Positions 52,551 to 63,951 of a stretch of 64,000 nucleotides of DNA are shown here, one piece after another. Origin of the DNA: Octopus bimaculoides (lineage: Eukaryota); assembly GCF_001194135.2 (NCBI RefSeq), contig NC_068992.1, positions 52,350,081 to 52,414,080 of the forward strand, read 5' to 3'. Below the pieces are notes generated by a model. That model was given only the letters and a program-made list of their open reading frames with translations, searched no databases and was not told the origin of the DNA. Within the stretch, counting starts at the first letter, position 1; every line of letters starts with the position of its first letter. The position numbers and the translations under genes were made by a program.

Positions 52551-52943
52551 TGCCTTTACGTATGTTGTCCTCTTTAACAATTATATATCCATTATATCAG
52601 AAATCTACAATGGCTCCATAACTATCATCTCTGCTATAACCTTGGAGCCCTAGTAATCCATTGCAGCACTTACCTAGCGTACCTAGTCATTTAGATAACC
52701 AGTGAACTAAACCCCCATATTTTGTATTTATATGTGTGTGTGTGTGTGTGTGTATGTATATATAAGTTTGACGGGCATATTTATTTCCTGCCTACCAAAT
52801 CCAGTCAAAAGTCAGTGTTTGGCCTGGGGTTATAGTAAAAGATGCTCGCTCAAGATGCCACACGGGATTGAACATGAAACCATGTAGTCAGGAAGTGAAC
52901 TTCTTGACCACAAAGCCAACCATGCCTGTGGTCATAAAAGCAA

Positions 52944-53257
52944 TGATAAACGTGGCCCTTTTTAAAGCCTAGCCAGGCTCATTGGCCCAGTTTCCCAGTT
53001 TCTATGGCGTATGTGTTCCCCCAAGGTGGACGGGACACCAATCCATCGCAGCGTTACTTAAAAAACAGGAAGAGAAAGTGAGAGAAAGTTGGGGCAAAAG
53101 AGTACCACAGGGGTCGCCACCACCCCCTGCCGGAGCCTCATGGAGCTTAGGTGTTTTTGCTCAATAAACACTCACAACGCCCGGTCTGGGAATCGAAACC
53201 GCAATCCTCCGACCGCGAGTCCACTGCTCTAACCACTGAGCCATTGTGCCACCACTA
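52944..53257 (-). mobile_element. SINE with the family C head and body but a different, family E-like 3' part
   Basis: 12-bp TSD TCATAAAAGCAA at 52932-43 and 53258-69; 53055-53256 matches family C, 52950-53055 resembles 61925-62000. Confidence 0.8.
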
Positions 53258-53916
53258 TCATAAAAGCAAGAACTACATTTATTCCAGAGGAATGGAAGTT
53301 AATGACAATGTAAACTAAATGTAAACTCAGAATGTTATAATATTAGACTAATAAGCAATCAGACTATTATTTTATTGTCTGACTCACCAGTAATTGGAAT
53401 TAATAAATCAAAAATTACATTCTCATATTTAGTGATTTGACATGTTACTATTAATTAATTAGTAAGTATTTTTCAAACAGTATAACTATATATATTTCAA
53501 TAAGAGTATAGAGGTTTTGTTATTTGTTTGACTATATAGATTCTTATTTAATACACATCAAATATATTACTTTAATTATTATTGTTTGGATGTATTCTAA
53601 AAGCTAAGTAAATACGACGTTCTTGCTGTTGTTAGAATTATTGTTGTTCTAGCTGTCGTTGTTTAGCCCCGGGTCAGGTCTAGGAGCCAAACAACACAAA
53701 TTTCTCTTGTTTCTTCACTACACAAATAAAGAGCAAATCTTGAGATGTAAAGTTCTATAATACTCACAGTAACTGAATTTATTGATGTCTCCTATGATCA
53801 AAGAAATCCCAGCTGCAACCATCTTATCTATCTTTGTATTTCACACATTAGGTGCTTGTGTATCTATCTGTTGTTTGTCTGTTTGATTGTCTGTCTGTCC
53901 ATTAATTTGTCCGTCC

Positions 53917-53950
<34 letters not shown>

Positions 53951-54860
53951 NNNNNNNNNNNNNNNNNNNNNNNNNNNNNNNNNNNNNNNNNNNNNNNNNN
54001 NNNNNNNNNNNNNNNNNNNNNNNNNNNNNNNNNNNNNNNNNNNNNNNNNNNNNNNNNNNNNNNNNNNNNNNNNNNNNNNNNNNNNNNNNNNNNNNNNNNN
54101 NNNNNNNNNNNNNNNNNNNNNNNNNNNNNNNNNNNNNNNNNNNNNNNNNNNNNNNNNNNNNNNNNNNNNNNNNNNNNNNNNNNNNNNNNNNNNNNNNNNN
54201 NNNNNNNNNNNNNNNNNNNNNNNNNNNNNNNNNNNNNNNNNNNNNNNNNNNNNNNNNNNNNNNNNNNNNNNNNNNNNNNNNNNNNNNNNNNNNNNNNNNN
54301 NNNNNNNNNNNNNNNNNNNNNNNNNNNNNNNNNNNNNNNNNNNNNNNNNNNNNNNNNNNNNNNNNNNNNNNNNNNNNNNNNNNNNNNNNNNNNNNNNNNN
54401 NNNNNNNNNNNNNNNNNNNNNNNNNNNNNNNNNNNNNNNNNNNNNNNNNNNNNNNNNNNNNNNNNNNNNNNNNNNNNNNNNNNNNNNNNNNNNNNNNNNN
54501 NNNNNNNNNNNNNNNNNNNNNNNNNNNNNNNNNNNNNNNNNNNNNNNNNNNNNNNNNNNNNNNNNNNNNNNNNNNNNNNNNNNNNNNNNNNNNNNNNNNN
54601 NNNNNNNNNNNNNNNNNNNNNNNNNNNNNNNNNNNNNNNNNNNNNNNNNNNNNNNNNNNNNNNNNNNNNNNNNNNNNNNNNNNNNNNNNNNNNNNNNNNN
54701 NNNNNNNNNNNNNNNNNNNNNNNNNNNNNNNNNNNNNNNNNNNNNNNNNNNNNNNNNNNATATATTTCATATATACTTTATCTATAAGGCTCAATTTAAT
54801 TTTAATTTTTATAAATTGATTTTAATTGAGTTTTTTACCTGAAATTTTGGATTTTGTCCC

Positions 54861-54908
<48 letters not shown>

Positions 54909-55158
54909 GAAGCAGATAGATAACGGAGGCCCTCAAATGAAAGTCCCTGCAAGGTGGAACAGCAGTAGTTTCAGGTCCTGTCAAAAATTCTCTGATCTTT
55001 CCTTTGCTCTCAGGTTCCTAGAAGAGGCAGGACCTGCTGAGCCTGCCTCTTACAGACCCTATTAAAACGCACAAACTCACACCTGGATATAAGGCCTGTA
55101 AATTCTCGTTAGTTCTTTATAGTTTGTCTTTTCTCCAGAGAGACATTAACTGCCACTG

Positions 55159-55435
55159 CAGCACCGGATTAACCAATAAGCAAAATAACCACATGCTTAG
55201 GGCATCAAGGGAAGAAGTGGTGGGGGTTCCACAGAAATGGTAAATGGTTTATGGCACAAAAGAAATCAATTTAAACTTGCTAAAATAATATTCGGGATGC
55301 CTTTATCTCTACTAAGTATAGAGGCAGATGTGTTACCTAAGATTAATTTTGGGGATCTGACCAAAGACTTTGCAATTCAAAAAAGTAGGAGTAAATTTTT
55401 CAATATTAATAAAGTGGAAGTATACAAAAATTAAC
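55159..55435 (+). mobile_element. hAT-derived non-autonomous element lacking the right TIR
   Basis: Left TIR CAGCACCGGATTAA; highly similar to 60414-60690; encodes LSLLSIEADVLPKINFGDLTKDFAIQKSRSKFF. Confidence 0.75.
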
Positions 55436-55618
55436 ATAGTTTCTCATTAAGTGTTTATTGTTTGTTTTTCTCCAGAGAGACAGTAACTGCCACTGAGTGG
55501 CTTTCTTCTACAATACTGCATGGTTTTTCTTCTGTCTCATAAAATAATACCAAGCCTATTGTATTTGTACCAGGTTGTTATATTTTATTGGAATGTTCCT
55601 TATTATATATTTATGGAT

Positions 55619-55835
55619 AGGCGGCGAGATGAGAGAAACGTTAGCATGCTGGACAAAATGTTTAACAGTATTTCATCTGTCTTTACGTTCTGAGTTCAAA
55701 TTCCGCCAAGGTCGACTTTTGCCTTTCAACATTTCGGGGTGGATAAATTAAGTACCAGTTGCATACTGGAGCCGATCTAATATACTGGCTCCCTCCCCCA
55801 AAATTTCTGGCTTTGTGCCAAGAGTAGAAAAGATT
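55619..55835 (+). mobile_element. SINE family D
   Basis: AGGCGGCGAG...GAAACGTTAGC...TTCTGAGTTCAAATTCCGCC.AGGTCGACTTT. Confidence 0.8.
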
Positions 55836-56119
55836 ACTCTGGTGTCCTTCTTACACATATTATTGTAAATGGTTTTAGCAACTGTCTTGTGTTCCGTGGC
55901 AGAAGTAACTAGCAGGTATTTTGCAACAGCTGATGATGATTCAGTTGATATGTTCCATTCTGTCTCAATTGAAATTCGTTTTGTATCACAAGGCTTCCAT
56001 AATCCTCTTATAAATTATTTAGCAAGCTATCTCCTATGCCAGAATAGAACAGGCATAGCCTTTTAGATGTGATATGAAATAACTGCCACAAGCCAAGGAG
56101 AGGTTACTCTTCTTGTCAA

Positions 56120-56345
56120 TGCTTCGTTCAGTAATTTGACTGTGGCCATGCTGGAGCACTGCCTTGAAGAGATTAAGTCAAACAAATTGATCTCAGGACT
56201 TGATTTTTAAGCCTAGTACTTATTATAATGGCATCTTTTACGGAACTGCTAAATTACAGGAAGGTAAACATACCAACATTGGCTGTCAAACAGGGATGTA
56301 GAGACAGACTCAAAGCCACACACATAGATATATACATATATATAC
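56120..56345 (-). mobile_element. SINE family A, 3' half, decayed
   Basis: TTGACTGTGGCCATGCTGGAGCAC...AAGCCTAGTACTTATT. Confidence 0.65.
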
Positions 56346-56677
56346 ATCTATATATATATATATATATATATANNNNNNNNNNNNNNNNNNNNNNNNNNNN
56401 NNNNNNNNNNNNNNNNNNNNNNNNNNNNNNNNNNNNNNNNNNNNNNNNNNNNNNNNNNNNNNNNNNNNNNNNNNNNNNNNNNNNNNNNNNNNNNNNNNNN
56501 NNNNNNNNNNNNNNNNNNNNNNNNNNNNNNNNNNNNNNNNNNNNNNNNNNNNNNNNNNNNNNNNNNNNNNNNNNNNNNNNNNNNNNNNNNNNNNNATACA
56601 AATAATAACAACAGACGAGGACAGGTGGTGTAAATAACAAAAGTATATATTAGTATGACGCTCGGGAATCCGGAAAG

Positions 56678-56714
56678 TCTTTGACGTTTCGAGCTACGCT
56701 CTTCAACAGAAAGA
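56678..56714 (-). ncRNA. Minimal type I hammerhead-like motif with an A6-to-U core variant, in a Penelope-like repeat remnant (~56600-56770)
   Basis: Stem I UCUUU/AAAGA; CUGUUGA plus extra A; stem II GAGC-GUA-GCUC; GAAA; palindromic ACGU; GUC triplet. Confidence 0.5.
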
Positions 56715-56774
56715 ATACGGAGACAAGGAGAAAAACACGGAGAAGAAAAGTTGAATAGTGTTCAGTACACAGTG

Positions 56775-57135
56775 GGTTTCTTTCAGTTTCTGTCTACCAA
56801 ATCCGAGCATGAAGCTTACCTAAAGTGCTGTGCAATGGGACTGAACCTGCTGGAACTATGCGGTTGGGAAGCAAGCTTCTTATTTCTTTATTGCCCTCAA
56901 GGGGCTAAACATAGAGGGGACAAACAAGGACAGACAAAGAGATTAAGTCGATTACATCGACCCCAGTGCGTAACTGGTACTTAATTTATCGACCCCGAAA
57001 GGATGAAAGGCAAAGTCGACCTCGGCGGAATTTGAACTCAGAACGTAAAGACAGATGAAATACCGCTAAGCATTTCGCCCAGTGTGCTAACGTTTCTGCC
57101 AGCAAGCTTCTTACCACACAGCTACTACTGTGCCT
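56775..57135 (-). mobile_element. SINE family A 5' half interrupted by a family D copy
   Basis: Host homology continues on both sides of the insertion. Confidence 0.75.
56883..57100 (-). mobile_element. SINE family D, young near-full copy
   Basis: 13-bp TSD AGCAAGCTTCTTA at 56870-82 and 57101-13; many CpGs retained. Confidence 0.9.
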
Positions 57136-57266
57136 ATATATTAAGATATTGGCCTAACACAATGGTAGAGTTAAACACTATGGGAGTTTAGGTCACAAGA
57201 GGTCTACAAAGGACCGCTTGGGAAATGTTCCCAGTGATACGGACCATGCAATTGTCCAAGGCAAAT

Positions 57267-57595
57267 GCATGGTCCTTTACAATCAATATAACTTTATCAA
57301 GATTATACATTGTTACCACCATTCATCTTTTCTCTTTTAAATTTTCTAAACATAATAGTCTTCTTCAATAGCTGACCACATATTCAATGTTAAGAAAGAT
57401 GGAGCACTATATAATACTAGAATGCCAAGCATGGTCCTTCAGAAACAATGTAACTCTATGAAGATATAGATCGATACCGCCACCACTCAGATCTCTTTTA
57501 AATCTGCTACACACAATAGTCTACTTAAATAGCTGACCACATACACAGCGTTAAGAAAAACTGAGAACCACATAATACTGAGGTGCCATGCCAAG
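57267..57595. repeat. Diverged tandem dimer of a ~163-bp unit
   Basis: GCATGGTCCTT...AATAGTC..CTT.AATAGCTGACCACATA...GTTAAGAAA...ATAATACT occurs twice at 162-163 bp spacing. Confidence 0.75.
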
Positions 57596-58279
57596 GAGGT
57601 CACATTCCATGTTTGTTATGCTCAAAAGAGTCCATACAAATCCTATTATATAATCCACTGCAATTACTGAACAGGCAAAATAAAGCGTTTACCACTTGCA
57701 TCCATGGATGTTTTGAAACTCCAATTCTATCACAAATCTAAATTTGCACTTAGAATCTCTCCACATAATCCTCACCCAGATAAACTATAGGTGCATTATA
57801 TGCTTACTTAATTTAATTTAATTTAATCAATGCTGTACCACTTTATTCCTCATCTTATATGACGATTATCATTCTACATATTCAACATCAATCTCTGAAA
57901 TACTTATTTACATCCCCTATTCTAAATTTACCACTTACTCAAACATCATATAATACCATATTACATAATTCCTTATTTCATTCAATGTTCTGCTTCAAAT
58001 TCCAATACAATGATTTAACTAAATATTATAATCAAGCAACCACTTATTGATATTTTCAGTTAATGTATAAATTTTAAGATCTTACAATTTATTCCTTTGC
58101 TACTCTATACCCACATTGAATCATTTTTATACTTTCCATTAAACTTGCAGTTTTAAATATTAAATCCTTATTCTTACAATAAAAGAATTCAGAAACTAGC
58201 AACAAACAACATACATGTGAAACAAGCTCACTGCCCTCATTATGTATTCTATAGTTAATAAACACACAAACCTTAATCC

Positions 58280-58425
58280 TTGTGAAGGTGCATGGCTTAG
58301 TGGTTGGAATATTTGGCTCATGGTCGTATGGTCATGAGTTCTATTCCTCATGACATGTTGTGTCCTTGAGCAAGACACTTTTATTTCATATTACTCCTGT
58401 CTGCTCAGCTGGTAAAAATGAATAG
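58280..58425 (+). mobile_element. SINE family E, 5' part
   Basis: GTGAAGGTGCATGGCTTAGTGGTTGG...GTGTCCTTGAGCAAGACACTT. Confidence 0.7.
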
Positions 58426-59037
58426 TATAAATGTTCACAAACGAAATATAGAGAAATCATTATGAATACAGGAAACAGGTAAGTATTAGCTTTATACAAG
58501 ATACAATTTCTGAATTGGCCCTAGTACCTCACATTCAATTTTCTTTTTCTCTTCCACTGAAAACCATTCCAGTTCTCAAAGTTGGCGGTACATATGGCAA
58601 GGGTTGTTATCCGATTCCTTGGTGTCTTATTGGTACCTGAGATTCTTAGCAGCCTGTGGTCACATGGATTTTGTTCTGACACTATGGGGGTGGGGGTCCC
58701 ATTGAACTGCAGGATACTGAGGTCAATTTCTTTACATTGGTTTAGCTTTTAAGATGAAGCCACCCCACTGGCTAGGTGAGCTGGCCATTTATTACCAGTT
58801 CAATTTTGCCAGCCCCTATATGTACACATCATCATTATCATTATCATTGTCATCAATAATTAATGTTTGTTTTCCATGCAGTCATAAGTTGGATGGTTTG
58901 ACAAGAACTGGCAAGGCCTGGGCCCCCATGGCTTCTATAGCTGGATGCTTTCCTAATGCCAACCATTTTGCAGAGTGTACATGGCACCACAGCATGCATA
59001 CCAATACTTTTTATGTAACACCTTGGCTGTAGGATCT

Positions 59038-59089
<52 letters not shown>

Positions 59090-59517
59090 TGTATGTATGC
59101 ATATACGTATACATCAGGCACATGCTGTCAGTAATTACTCAGGGTAGGTAGTTGATGACATTTATGCAGTAAAACACAGAAAAAATAAATGGAACAGAGC
59201 TGCGAGAGTGAGTTGAAGGCAGATTTACTTTTGCCTTTATAGCACGTAAAGAAAACGTTGTTGTAGGAGTGTGTGCAGCACATGTACTACAGCAGTACTA
59301 TGTGTAGCTTGACTACTGAGATTGAAAGGCAAGGGCGAATTATACCTACCTAATCTATAAAAAATAAAATATTTCTGCCTTTTATGCATAGTAATTAGAG
59401 TAAGCTTCATAATTCTATTGAATTAGATGCATATTATGTTATAAAAGGAAAATGTTGCTATTGATTTATTTTATTGAGGTAAGCAGTGCATACCTTGCCT
59501 ACCTGGGTGGCATGTCC

Positions 59518-59552
<35 letters not shown>

Positions 59553-59573
59553 CATATGCAATATATGTATATG

Positions 59574-59616
<43 letters not shown>

Positions 59617-60413
59617 TTATGTAGATATATATATGTGTGAGAGTGTCTCGCACGCATATAAACAGACACACTAGTGAAAACCATAATTTCAATGAATAAG
59701 TGGATGATTTTTATTGATTAATTAAAACTTGAAGGTGAGGCAGATTGGTAAATATTTCTGTCTTTGTTAGTTTTCCAAGTAATATATCATATTTGACAAG
59801 CTACATGTTTACTCTCTCATGGCTTATACATTTCCATTAAATAAAATATTGTAATAAGGATGCAAGTGGAAGACATTCCATTGTCTTTCGAGGAAATGGC
59901 CTGGAACTTAAAAACAAACAATAACAGAAAGTTACAGACCTGATCGCTGCTGACACATATAGCACTTAGCAGAAAGACTTTCACAGAAGACCACTTAAGT
60001 AGAACATTAAGTAGAAGATTCTCTTGTAAAGCCGGAAGTCTTTGCAATTTAGTGGAACAGATACAAGCATTCTTTATATTAATGTCAAGATAATTAATGC
60101 TTGGAATATGACAGGCAAATGACCAAGAGAGTAAGTGGGTTGAGGTGATTAACTTGTCCCAAGGCAGCCTCATTTGAAGCAAAACTTATTTTATCATGCC
60201 AAAAATTACCTTTGGTGAAACTTTTGCATTGAAATTTCCATATATCTCATATGAGATGTGCTTTGAGTAAGTAATTAATATATTTATATCAAAGAGAAAC
60301 TGAATTTATGTGATTTTTTTCCCCCTCTTTTCCTTTATAATATATATTCAAGCAAACTGAAGATATATCTTACTCTTAATAGAATGACCTGCATCAATCT
60401 GATGTAGTAAATG

Positions 60414-60815
60414 CAGCACTGGATTAACCATTAAGCAAAATAAGCACATGCTTAGGGCGTCAAGGGAAGGAGGTGGCCCACTACAGAAATGGTAAATGGT
60501 TTACAGCACAAAAGAAATCACTTTAAACTTGCCAAATTAATATTTGGGATGCCTTTATCTCTACTAAGTATAGATGCAGATGTGTTACCTAAGATTAATT
60601 TTGAGGATCTGATCAAAGACTTTGCAATTCAAAAAAGCAGGAGGAAACTTTTCAAATATAAATAAAATGGAAGTATCCAAAAATATACATTATTTTCCTT
60701 CTTACTATTTTGTTTCATTTTGAAAAATAAACGTTTATTTTATGGTTTGTTATTGCTTATATGTTGAATTACATAATCTTTTACGGGGGCAACCAAATCT
60801 TTTAATCCGGTCTTG
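60414..60815 (+). mobile_element. Complete hAT-derived non-autonomous element (402 bp)
   Basis: TIRs CAGCACTGGATTAA and TTAATCCGGTCTTG; perfect 8-bp TSD AGTAAATG (60406-13, 60816-23); internal LSLLSIDADVLPKINFEDLIKDFAIQKSRRKLF matches the hAT transposase C-terminal dimerisation-region pattern. Confidence 0.9.
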
Positions 60816-60978
60816 AGTAAATGTGACCTGCAGGAAATAGCAGCTCTTTTGGAATCACACCTTATCTTCTTTTAAAAAATGGCAAGATATACTAGATAGC
60901 ATAATGTAGTGATGAATTTGTGGAATTGTATGAAAAGATCAAGGAAAGATGTCTTGCAGTAATCCATTGCTGAGTTCT

Positions 60979-61388
60979 AGGCATAGGAGTGGCTATGTGG
61001 TAAGTAGGTTGTTTACGAACAACATGGTTCCGGGTTCAGACCCACTGCATGGCACCTTGGGCAAGTGACTTTTACTGTAGCCTCAGGCTGACCAAAGCCT
61101 TGTGAGTGGATTTGGTAGATGGAAACTGAAAGAAGCCCGTCGTATATATGTATATATATATGTGTGTGTGTGTGTGTGTATATGTTTGTGTTTGTTCCCC
61201 CAACATCGCTTGACAACCGATGCTGGTGTGTTTACATCCCCGTAACTTAGCGGTTCGGCAAAAGATACTGATAGAATAAATACTAGGCTTACAAAGAATA
61301 AGTCCTGGAATTGATTTGCTCGACTAAAGGTGGTGCTCCGGCATGGCTGCAGTCAAATGACTGAAACAAGTAAAAGAGTAAAAGAGTA
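60979..61388 (+). mobile_element. Full-length SINE family A
   Basis: Colinear with 34667-35087; (AAAAGAGT)2 tail. Confidence 0.9.
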
Positions 61389-61769
61389 ACTACAAAGCTT
61401 GTGACAGAATGAATGCTAAACTTTATCAAGGTGTTAATCGTTCACTTGTATAAACATCAGTGGCACAGAAAGGAGGAACCTGCTTGAATGGATGTATGTA
61501 TACCCAGTAACTTCTCTAAAAGATCTTACCCAGACCTGAGCATATATGTGCAAATGCCGAGTCTGTCTATCTTAGCCAAGAGAAACCAAGTAGTCAAAGT
61601 AATTATGCTATGTCTGAATACACGAGGGGTAAGTCATGACTGGAAGGTCTTTAATTAAAGTTTGAAGGTCAGAGATGAACAGAAGCTAAACAGCAATATC
61701 TCTTTCATCCATCAGTGCATATGACAGATTTTAGAGATAGGATATATATATTTAGATATGTGCATGCGC

Positions 61770-62010
61770 AAAGTTTAGAGAAAGCAATGTAGTTAAGAAG
61801 TTTACTTTCCAAACACATAAATCTGGGTCGTAAGATTGTGCCTGGATAAGGCAACACATGGTATTCTTGAGCAAAATACTTCATTTCACATTGCTCCAGT
61901 CCACTCAACTGGCAAAAACGAGTAACCCTGCAACAGACTAGCGTCCCATCCAGGTGGGGAGTGTATACATCATGAAAACAAGAAAACAAGCCCTTATGAG
62001 TCAGGATGTC
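61770..62010 (+). mobile_element. SINE family E with 3' part
   Basis: TTCTTGAGCAAAATACTTCATTTCACATTGCTCCAGTCCACTC...CCCTGCAACAGACTAGCGTCCCATCCAGG. Confidence 0.65.
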
Positions 62011-62558
62011 TTGAGAAGGTAATTTTGCCTTTTGTACCTCATGTGTTTCATGAGAATATCAGTGATGAGGAAAAAACAGCCTGATGTGATTCAATAGGCT
62101 CTGAGAAAACTCAAGAAAACCATAGGGTCATATTACCTCTAAAATCCTATTGCTCTGAAGCTCTTATGCTTTGAATATCTCTGAATGAATGATGCACTTG
62201 GTGTAAATTCACTTCTATGAATCCATTAGTTCTACCATTTAGGCTGAGGACAGTTTTATCGAATGGCTTGCCTATTCGATATTTCTAGCTGAATGTGTAT
62301 GCTGTTTTCCAAAACTGTGTTGCTTTCCTGTGTGATAACTTTGTTTTCCATGTGTTTTCATTTTCTTTATTTCCTGGTGCACTGTACATATATTCATAAA
62401 ACAGAAACTGTGAAAGTGACTTCACAGTTTTGTCAAGACTCTCTTGTCAGTGAAGATGGTAGAGATATTAGATCTTATAATATGTGTGTGTGTGTGTATG
62501 TGTGTATCTGTGCATGTATGTATATGTATATATATGCATATGTGTATTTTTGTGTATG

Positions 62559-62604
<46 letters not shown>

Positions 62605-62614
62605 GTAGTATATT

Positions 62615-62759
62615 GCCACTTAAGTGTGGCTGACCCCTAGGGGTGGATGTTACTGTTGCTTTTAGCCCCAGGAGGACATCTCCTCCAGCTGGCTTATCGA
62701 CACACGACTGTGTCCTGTTTGCCAAGGGAAGTTATCCCTCTCACCTCGATCAGCAGGTG
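62615..62759. other. GC-rich 145-nt module with six consecutive 5-bp inverted repeats
   Basis: GCCAC/GTGGC, ACCCC/GGGGT, GGAGG/CCTCC, GACAC/GTGTC, AGGGA/TCCCT, CACCT/AGGTG. Confidence 0.6.
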
Positions 62760-63309
62760 TATGTATATATGTATATGTATTTATGTATGTATCTATGTAT
62801 GTAAATAAAAGTACCATAAGGGGTGAGGGTTAAGAAATAATAGGGAAAAGCAGAATGATATAAGTACTAGATACAAAAAAAGCGGAAAAGTTGGGAAAAC
62901 ATTCAGAAAAAAAAAAAAAAGAAAACTTGGAGGTGATAAAGGAAATTTATCTAACAAGAGAGCTAAAGGCAAAATGCAATGGAAATTGTGTTAACAGTCA
63001 TTATCAAGGATGAGCTGTGATAAAGTTTTCAATCTAAAAAACAATAAATGAGAATATATTTATTATGTGTCAGGTGATATTTCATTTCCTTGCTACACAA
63101 ATTATTATACCAAGTGTGCTTGTTCAGAAAATGAGTGCACGCGATGCGAAATACTGGAATGCATTGCAGTGGATCATCAGATAAATAATTATATGTTTAT
63201 TTATGTATGAATACATGTAAGTATGTATGTATGTATGTATGTATGTATGTATGTATGTATGTATCTGTCTGTCTATCTATCTATCTATCGATCCATCCAT
63301 ACATACGTT

Positions 63310-63362
<53 letters not shown>

Positions 63363-63629
63363 CGTGCACACACACACAACCACNNNNNNNNNNNNNNNNN
63401 NNNNNNNNNNNNNNNNNNNNNNNNNNNNNNNNNNNNNNNNNNNNNNNNNNNNNNNNNNNNNNNNNNNNNNNNNNNNNNNNNNNNNNNNNNNNNNNNNNNN
63501 NNNNNNNNNNNNNNNNNNNNNNNNNNNNNNNNNNNNNNNNNNNNNNNNNNNNNNNNNNNNNNNNNNNNNNNNNNNNNNNNNNNNNNNNNNNNNNNNNNNN
63601 NNNNNNNNNNNTATATATAAGGGTAAAAG

Positions 63630-63945
63630 ATAAAGACCCCTTTCAGTTATGAATGACAATGGGATTGCTACCAGAAAGCTCCTCTCCAAGGCACAAGTCT
63701 GGGCAAGGTTGTTTGTGGAGACTGGTATGCCCATGCATTCGACTTTCCTCTCTCCACACCACCGATGCTGTGCAAAGGAAAGACAATACTGATACAGCTT
63801 GGCACCAGTGACATCACAATTCTTTCTACAGCTGAGTGAACTGGAGTCTTGCTCAAGAACACAACACATAGTCCCCGTCCGGGAATCAAACTCACAACCA
63901 CATGATTATATGCCAACATTCTAACCACTGAGCTCTGTGTCTTCT
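63630..63945 (-). mobile_element. SINE with a family E-like head, decayed
   Basis: Minus strand GCTCAGTGGTTAGAATGTTGGC...GAGTTTGATTCCCGG...GTGTTCTTGAGCAAGAC. Confidence 0.55.
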
Positions 63946-63951
63946 GTCTGT

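Noticed and set aside
55925-55990. CTGATGA...GAAA spacing suggestive of a fifth hammerhead
   Set aside because: Six unpaired extra bases before stem II, no stem III and only a weak stem I.
59817-60182. 121-aa minus-strand ORF
   Set aside because: No recognisable domain and no convincing splice sites; compatible with chance.
61619-61640. TACACGAGGGGTAAGTCA resembling a mariner TIR
   Set aside because: No matching second TIR or transposase remnant found nearby.
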